Assembly (NCBI GenBank): GCA_965237905.1
Contig: OZ250172.1
Span: 2,080,001-2,144,000 of the forward strand
Length of the DNA: 64,000 nucleotides
Reading direction: 5' to 3'
From: Nitrospinaceae bacterium
Lineage (GTDB): Bacteria > Nitrospinota > Nitrospinia > Nitrospinales > Nitrospinaceae
The notes under the pieces are model-generated. The model worked only from the letters and a program-made list of their open reading frames with translations. It ran no database searches and was not told the origin of the DNA. The position numbers were made by a program, and so were the translations under genes. Each line of letters opens with the position of its first letter. Positions within the stretch are counted from its first letter, which is position 1. Shown here one piece after another: positions 59,021 through 64,000 of this stretch.

Positions 59021-61078
59021 TTATCGTGGGCTGGCGGCGATGTTGCCGCCGTCGACGGTGAACACGCTTCCGGTGGTTTTCTCGGATACCGCCAGGTGTA
59101 GAAATGCCTTCGCCACGTCGATGTCCAGCACTTCCCGCCCCAACAGGTTCTGCCGAAAATATTCTTCCGGTTCCAGGCCGCGCGCTTTGGAACGTTCGGC
59201 GATGAAGCTGTCGGTGAACATGCTGGTACGGATGCGGTCGGCGTTGATGGCGTTGGAGCGAATACCTTCCTTGCCGTAGTCCAGCGCGTATTGTTTGGTG
59301 AGCGCGATCACGGCCGCTTTCGGCAGGGCATAAGGACCGAAACCCTTGCCGGGATTGAAGGCGGCTTTCGATGCGTTGAACAGGAGGATGCCGCCGGTTT
59401 TCTGTTTCAGGAAAATATGAACCGCCTGCGCCGCGACTGTCTGGTGCGCGAAAAAATTGAGATCGAAACTGCCCCGCAGGGTTGCGCTGTCGACGTCTCC
59501 GATACGGCCTTGCAAGGCATTGCCCGCGTTGGAGATGAGAATGTCCACCCCGCCGTAGGTTTGTACGGCGTCGTCGAACGAGGCCGCCACTGCGTCTTCA
59601 TCCGTTAAATCCACCGCCCGCCAGGTGACGCCTGCCTTGCTCTCTTTTTGTAAAGCGGTACCGGCTTCCTCCAGGGCTTCGCCGTTCAGGTCCACCAGAA
59701 CCACATTGGCGCCTTGTTGCGCGAACAGGTGCGCCGTGGCGCGGCCGATGCCCGATGCCGCTCCAGTAATGTACGCGACCTGACCCTGCAGGAGCGGCGG
59801 CTGGGCTTTCCCCATTTTGGCCTGCTCCAGTGACCAGTATTCCATATCGAACAGATCGGCGTCGCTCAGCGGCTGGTAGGTGCCGATGTCGAACGCGCTT
59901 TGAATGATTTCGATGGTGTGTTCGTAGAGGTCGGCGGCAATTTTTGTTTCCTTCACGGTTTTGCCCATCGTCACCAGCCCCAGACCCGCCACCAGAATGA
60001 CGCGCGGCAGAGGGTCCAGCTCTTTCAGGTCGACGTCCTTCTTCGCCTGGTTGGTGACGAAGTATTTGTGATAGGCCTTCTCGTAGCGTGCCAACGCTTC
60101 CTCCAGTTCGGAGCGCAGGCGTTCCGGGTCGTCCAGATGTTTCGGGTTCAGCAGGAGGGGTTTCTGTTTGGTGCGGATGACGTGGTCGGGCGTAGCGGTG
60201 CCGATCTGCGACCATTTTTTGCACTCTTTGCTGGAGGCGAACTCGCGCGCCGGCCCGCTTTTGCGGTGGTGCACTACCCATGAGCTACCGGATTGCTCCC
60301 GGTACAGGCCGCGCAGGACCGGGGCGAGGGCTTTTAAAATTTCAGGGTCGTTGGTTGACCCGGAATCGTTGGCAGGGGTCAGCGGCTGGCGCGGTTGATT
60401 CTGGATAAAGGTTTCCGCCTGGGTGACCGCTTTGATGTGGGCGTTATAACTCTCTTGCGCCGTTTCGCCGAAGGTGAACAGGCCGTGGTTGATCAATACC
60501 AGTCCCACAACCTGCGGGTTTTCCTCGTACGCTTCCGCCGCGGCTTTGGCCAGATCGAATCCCGGCATGATGTACGGCACCACGCCCAGCTCGTCGCCGT
60601 AGATTTCCTTGCAGATTTTTTCGGCGTTGGGCTGGTTGGCGATCACCAGAATGACATCGGCATGCGAATGGTCGACGAACTTGTGCGGCAGAAAAGCGTG
60701 CAGCAATGTTTCCACCGAAGGATTGGGCGATGACGCGTCCAACAGGTGCGTGCGCTGGTCGTTGACCATGGCTTCGTCGGACAGCGAGGGAAGGGTTCGC
60801 AACTGCTTCAGGTAATCGAGTTGGACCCCCGGCAGGCCGGGCGGCTCCAGCGTGTCCAGGTCCCAGCCACTGCCCTTGACGTACAGGACTTCGACTTCCT
60901 CGCCCAGCCGGTTTTTGGTGCGCGATTTCACCGAGGTGTTGCCGCCGCCGTGCAGAACTAGTGCCGACTCGACCCCGATCAGACGGGAAGTGTAGACCCG
61001 GAGGGCCACATCCTCTGAAACATCGGAATAATACTTGATGGCTTTGTTGGCTTCCTTGTCGTCCCAGCGATTCTCCAT
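59021..61078 (-). CDS. Bifunctional class II aldolase / short-chain dehydrogenase (RhaD-like)
   Basis: LVLHGGGNTS.K, PSVETLLH, HSHAD, NHGL, TPDH, EYW.LEQAK, TGAASGIG, YALPK. Confidence 0.9.
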   Translation of the reverse strand: MENRWDDKEANKAIKYYSDVSEDVALRVYTSRLIGVESALVLHGGGNTSVKSRTKNRLGEEVEVLYVKGSGWDLDTLEPPGLPGVQLDYLKQLRTLPSLSDEAMVNDQRTHLLDASSPNPSVETLLHAFLPHKFVDHSHADVILVIANQPNAEKICKEIYGDELGVVPYIMPGFDLAKAAAEAYEENPQVVGLVLINHGLFTFGETAQESYNAHIKAVTQAETFIQNQPRQPLTPANDSGSTNDPEILKALAPVLRGLYREQSGSSWVVHHRKSGPAREFASSKECKKWSQIGTATPDHVIRTKQKPLLLNPKHLDDPERLRSELEEALARYEKAYHKYFVTNQAKKDVDLKELDPLPRVILVAGLGLVTMGKTVKETKIAADLYEHTIEIIQSAFDIGTYQPLSDADLFDMEYWSLEQAKMGKAQPPLLQGQVAYITGAASGIGRATAHLFAQQGANVVLVDLNGEALEEAGTALQKESKAGVTWRAVDLTDEDAVAASFDDAVQTYGGVDILISNAGNALQGRIGDVDSATLRGSFDLNFFAHQTVAAQAVHIFLKQKTGGILLFNASKAAFNPGKGFGPYALPKAAVIALTKQYALDYGKEGIRSNAINADRIRTSMFTDSFIAERSKARGLEPEEYFRQNLLGREVLDIDVAKAFLHLAVSEKTTGSVFTVDGGNIAASPR

Positions 61079-61125
61079 TTAATGAAAATAACAAATCCAC
61101 GCAGGAGAATAAAGAAGATTAAATG

Positions 61126-61310
61126 CTCCCCCTTGTAAAGGGGCTGGGGGGATTTGGTACCACAGAGGGCACAGAGCCCACAGAGAAAACCTTAAGCAGA
61201 CAGGATAACGGGATGAACAGGATTCCAAACATCTCCTCTCCCCTCATGGGGAGAGGATTAAGATGAGGGGTGGAGTCCATGTTTTGTAGTTGCTCGATTC
61301 ATCGAGCGTT
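61126..61310. repeat. Mosaic REP-like intergenic repeat cluster (five modules)
   Basis: CTCCCCCTTGTAAAGGGGCTGGGGGGATTT, (CACAGAG)x3, GACAGGATAACGGGATGAACAGGATT, CTCCTCTCCCCTCATGGGGAGAGGATTAAGATGAGGGG, GCTCGATTCATCGAGC. Confidence 0.8.
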
Positions 61311-61484
61311 ATTGAAACCTTCTATGAATGGGCCGCTTATATTAAAGAGAGTCACTCTTCGGTGGAAAACCTGTTGTCAGCCCCGCTTTCGGGCATTAAC
61401 CTGATAGGGTAGAGAGTTGATAATCAGGGCACGGCTCCGGTCTGATGGGGTGCTTCTATTGAATAATCTTTATAGGAGAAAATC

Positions 61485-61703
61485 ATGCGGAAATTAATTT
61501 CCATCATTTTCATTTTGGCACTGAGCGGTTTGGCAGGCTGTACGACAGGAGCTGAACGAGCCGCTGAAGCGGATGCTGATTTTAAAGAGGAACGGTTGAA
61601 AATTTTGAAGAAGTACCAGGACTGTGTCGATGAACACCAGGGCGATACAAAAAAGCTTCAATCCTGTGAGCATTATTTGAAAGCCATTGATGCAATGAAG
61701 TGA
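61485..61703 (+). CDS. Small lipoprotein
   Basis: AGGAG RBS, lipobox LAGC, two further Cys. Confidence 0.75.
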   Translation: MRKLISIIFILALSGLAGCTTGAERAAEADADFKEERLKILKKYQDCVDEHQGDTKKLQSCEHYLKAIDAMK

Positions 61704-61787
61704 AACGGCCATTCTTGCCTGAATTGACAATACCTGATCGGGAGTTATACTTTAAGTATTCAACCCGGATCATGAGGAAGCGAACGG

Positions 61788-62573
61788 ATGATACCCTCCA
61801 CCCATCGATTTGTCGGGCCGACTTTAGTTGGATGTGCTGCGTTGTTGATCATCGGGCTGGCGTTTCCCCAAGCCTCAGGCGCGGCCATTTACAAATGGAA
61901 GGACGATAACGGGAAACTCCATTTCACGGACCAGCCTTCCAAAATCCCGCTGAAATACCGAAAAGAACACGGCAAGCCTGTTTACAAAACTCTCCCATCA
62001 GAAACCCAGGACTCCCCGGCTGGCTCGGCCTCTATCGAAGGTGAGGGGTCGGACAAATTTTACGCGTTTAATAACCTGGGTCAGCGAATGCCCATCATCG
62101 TCAGGGACAACACCGTACTATTTGCGTTGGCCACCTGGTGCCCCTATTCGAAAAAGCTGGTCCGGTTTCTGAACAACCCGAGTATTGCGAGAGAAATGAA
62201 ACATCTCGAGCTCATTTTCATTTTCGAAGACGAGTGGCCGCATATCAAGCAGGGAATTGATGAATCCGTCGGAAAGGGTGGCCTCACCCAAAAGCAAGCC
62301 GATGAGCAACTCCAGTATTACAAGAAAAAGGCTGAGGGAAAAATCGTATACAACCCTGCCTTCATAAAGAATTTGCCGGGCAAGCATTACTTCGCTACCT
62401 CCGGCGCCACGAAGTTGCAAAAGATTTTCCCGAAAAAAATCCCCCGGGTTTATTCTTCCTCGCAGAAGGATTTCGATCAAGGTGTTAAGAAATGGCTCGG
62501 AATCCAATTTGACGACCGGAAGGGCACGCGGGATTATTTAAGGGATGAATACGGAAAATACACCGAGAACTAG
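61788..62573 (+). CDS. Secreted DUF4124-domain protein with thioredoxin-like WCPYS motif
   Basis: IYKWKDDNGKLHFTDQP; LATWCPYSKK. Confidence 0.75.
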   Translation: MIPSTHRFVGPTLVGCAALLIIGLAFPQASGAAIYKWKDDNGKLHFTDQPSKIPLKYRKEHGKPVYKTLPSETQDSPAGSASIEGEGSDKFYAFNNLGQRMPIIVRDNTVLFALATWCPYSKKLVRFLNNPSIAREMKHLELIFIFEDEWPHIKQGIDESVGKGGLTQKQADEQLQYYKKKAEGKIVYNPAFIKNLPGKHYFATSGATKLQKIFPKKIPRVYSSSQKDFDQGVKKWLGIQFDDRKGTRDYLRDEYGKYTEN

Positions 62574-62609
62574 AAGTGACACTTCCCTGGGCGGAATAAG
62601 CATCACGCG

Positions 62610-62821
62610 CCTCCGTACCTCCCCTGAAAAAGCCGTACCCAAATCCCTCCAGCCCTCTTCGTAAAGGGGGAGGTATTAATGTCACCCTTTCCTTCGGTAA
62701 GTTCAGGACAGGCTAATCGGCTCCGGGCCTTGCCCGTTCCCCTTCTTGATAAGGAGGGGGGAATATTAAAGTTCGCCCCGTCCATAATCAGACCTCGCGG
62801 AGCGGCCGGGCGTCACGCTGG
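62610..62821. repeat. Mosaic REP-like intergenic repeat cluster
   Basis: AAATCCCTCCAGCCCTCTTCGTAAAGGGGGAG, GTCACCC...CTTCGGTAAGTTCAGGACAGGC, CCCCTTCTTGATAAGGAGGGG, GCGTCACGCTGG. Confidence 0.7.
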
Positions 62822-62953
62822 AATTGGGCGGGGTTCTATGATATGTTGAGCGTGAATGGCAACCCTAGCGTTTTATCCGGGCCGTGGCGGTACTATGGCC
62901 CTTCCGAAGCCCGCTCCGGGCCGGTTTTCTCGTCACCTTGATGCCTCAGGCGC

Positions 62954-63202
62954 ATGCTCGCTAAAATTCACGTTACCTTAAAAAACGGGGTACTCGACTC
63001 CCAGGGCAAGGCGGTGCATCACGCCCTCAACGATCTCGGTTACTCCGAGGTACAGGACGTGCACCTGGGCAAGTACATGGAGATTGCGCTGAAAGGCATT
63101 TCCGAAAAGGAAGCGCAGACCCGCGTCACGGAAATGTGCGAGAAACTGCTGGCCAATACCGTGATCGAATCCTACCGTTTCACGCTGGAGCCCGCGGAAT
63201 GA
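62954..63202 (+). CDS. purS: FGAM synthase subunit PurS
   Basis: VTLKNGVLDSQG, GKYME, MCEKLLANTVIE. Confidence 0.95.
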   Translation: MLAKIHVTLKNGVLDSQGKAVHHALNDLGYSEVQDVHLGKYMEIALKGISEKEAQTRVTEMCEKLLANTVIESYRFTLEPAE

Positions 63203-63224
63203 CCGTTCGCCCCAGGAGGCAACC

Positions 63225-63923
63225 ATGAAGTGCGGTATCGTCGTTTTCCCCGGTTCCAACTGCGACCATGATTGCTACCACATCCTCAAGCATGTTCTCC
63301 AGCTGGAGACCGACTGGATCTGGCACAAGGACGAAGCCCTGAGTTCCTTCGACTTCATTGTTCTTCCCGGCGGATTTTCCTACGGCGACTACCTGCGCCC
63401 CGGCGCCATCGCCCGCTTCTCGCCCATCATGAAATCGGTGATCGATTACGCCAACCAGGGCGGCCGCGTGCTGGGCATCTGCAACGGTTTCCAGATTCTG
63501 GTGGAATCTGGCCTGCTCCCCGGCGTGCTGATGGATAACGCAGGCCAACGCTTCATTTGCAAAAACCTAACTATCCGCGTGGACAACAACGAGACGCCGT
63601 TCACTTCCGAATACACGCCCGGCAGCGTGTTGAAAATACCAATCAATCACGGCCAGGGCCGCTATTTTACCGATGACGATACGTTGAAACGCCTGCAGGA
63701 CAACGATCAGGTCCTATTCCGTTATTGCGATGCGGAAGGCGGCATACCGGACGAAGCCAATCCCAACGGCTCGCTGGATCATATCGCCGGAGTGGCCAAC
63801 GCAACTAAAAACGTGATGGGCATGATGCCGCATCCCGAACGCTGTGCCGATCCCCTGTGGCCGGAAGTGGACGGCCAATTGATATTCAAATCCCTCATCG
63901 AATCGAGTTTGGCGCATTCATGA
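63225..63923 (+). CDS. purQ: FGAM synthase glutaminase subunit PurQ
   Basis: FPGSNCD, PGGFSYGDYLR, GICNGFQIL, NPNGS, GMMPHPER. Confidence 0.97.
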   Translation: MKCGIVVFPGSNCDHDCYHILKHVLQLETDWIWHKDEALSSFDFIVLPGGFSYGDYLRPGAIARFSPIMKSVIDYANQGGRVLGICNGFQILVESGLLPGVLMDNAGQRFICKNLTIRVDNNETPFTSEYTPGSVLKIPINHGQGRYFTDDDTLKRLQDNDQVLFRYCDAEGGIPDEANPNGSLDHIAGVANATKNVMGMMPHPERCADPLWPEVDGQLIFKSLIESSLAHS

Positions 63924-64000
63924 CCGCTTCCACTCCCATTCCGATCACGCCGGACATCGTGGCCGAGCACGGCCTGTCTCCGGAAGAGTACGCCCGCATT
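63920..64000 (+). CDS. purL: FGAM synthase subunit PurL (5' fragment)
   Basis: ATGA overlap with the purQ stop; MTASTPIPITPDIVAEHGLSPEEYARI. Confidence 0.85.
   Translation, partial: MTASTPIPITPDIVAEHGLSPEEYARI

Noticed and set aside
24712..64000. Purine genes as one operon or island
   Set aside because: purBC, purH and purSQL are separated by many unrelated genes; ordinary dispersed housekeeping layout.

Overview
This is a gene-dense bacterial chromosomal segment of mostly housekeeping genes. I saw no rRNA, tRNA, CRISPR array, transposase or phage gene. It carries trkA (partial), hflKC, pcm, mltA, rnhA, a five-subunit 2-oxoacid:ferredoxin oxidoreductase operon (order D-A-B-G-E, the reverse-TCA type), a ~2000-aa thioester alpha-2-macroglobulin, purB/purC/purH/purS/purQ/purL, orn, argF, a GlnD-like protein, aroF, dnaN, mtgA, nadK, an ECF sigma/anti-sigma pair and an HpnN-like RND transporter. 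The content suggests a nitrite-oxidiser-like autotroph such as Nitrospinota (inference only). The most unusual locus is 41.4-42.1 kb: an unannotated 56-aa histone-H1/protamine-like gene (61% Lys+Arg) with a near-consensus promoter, a 5' hairpin whose loop is complementary to a sequence downstream of the gene, and five helically phased T-tracts upstream. Also notable are a stand-alone ArgZ-like arginine dihydrolase directly upstream of argF, mosaic REP-like intergenic repeat clusters that border islets of orphan secreted proteins, and a secreted Lys-rich protein built from 123-bp repeats. All calls rest on motif recognition by eye, with no database searches.
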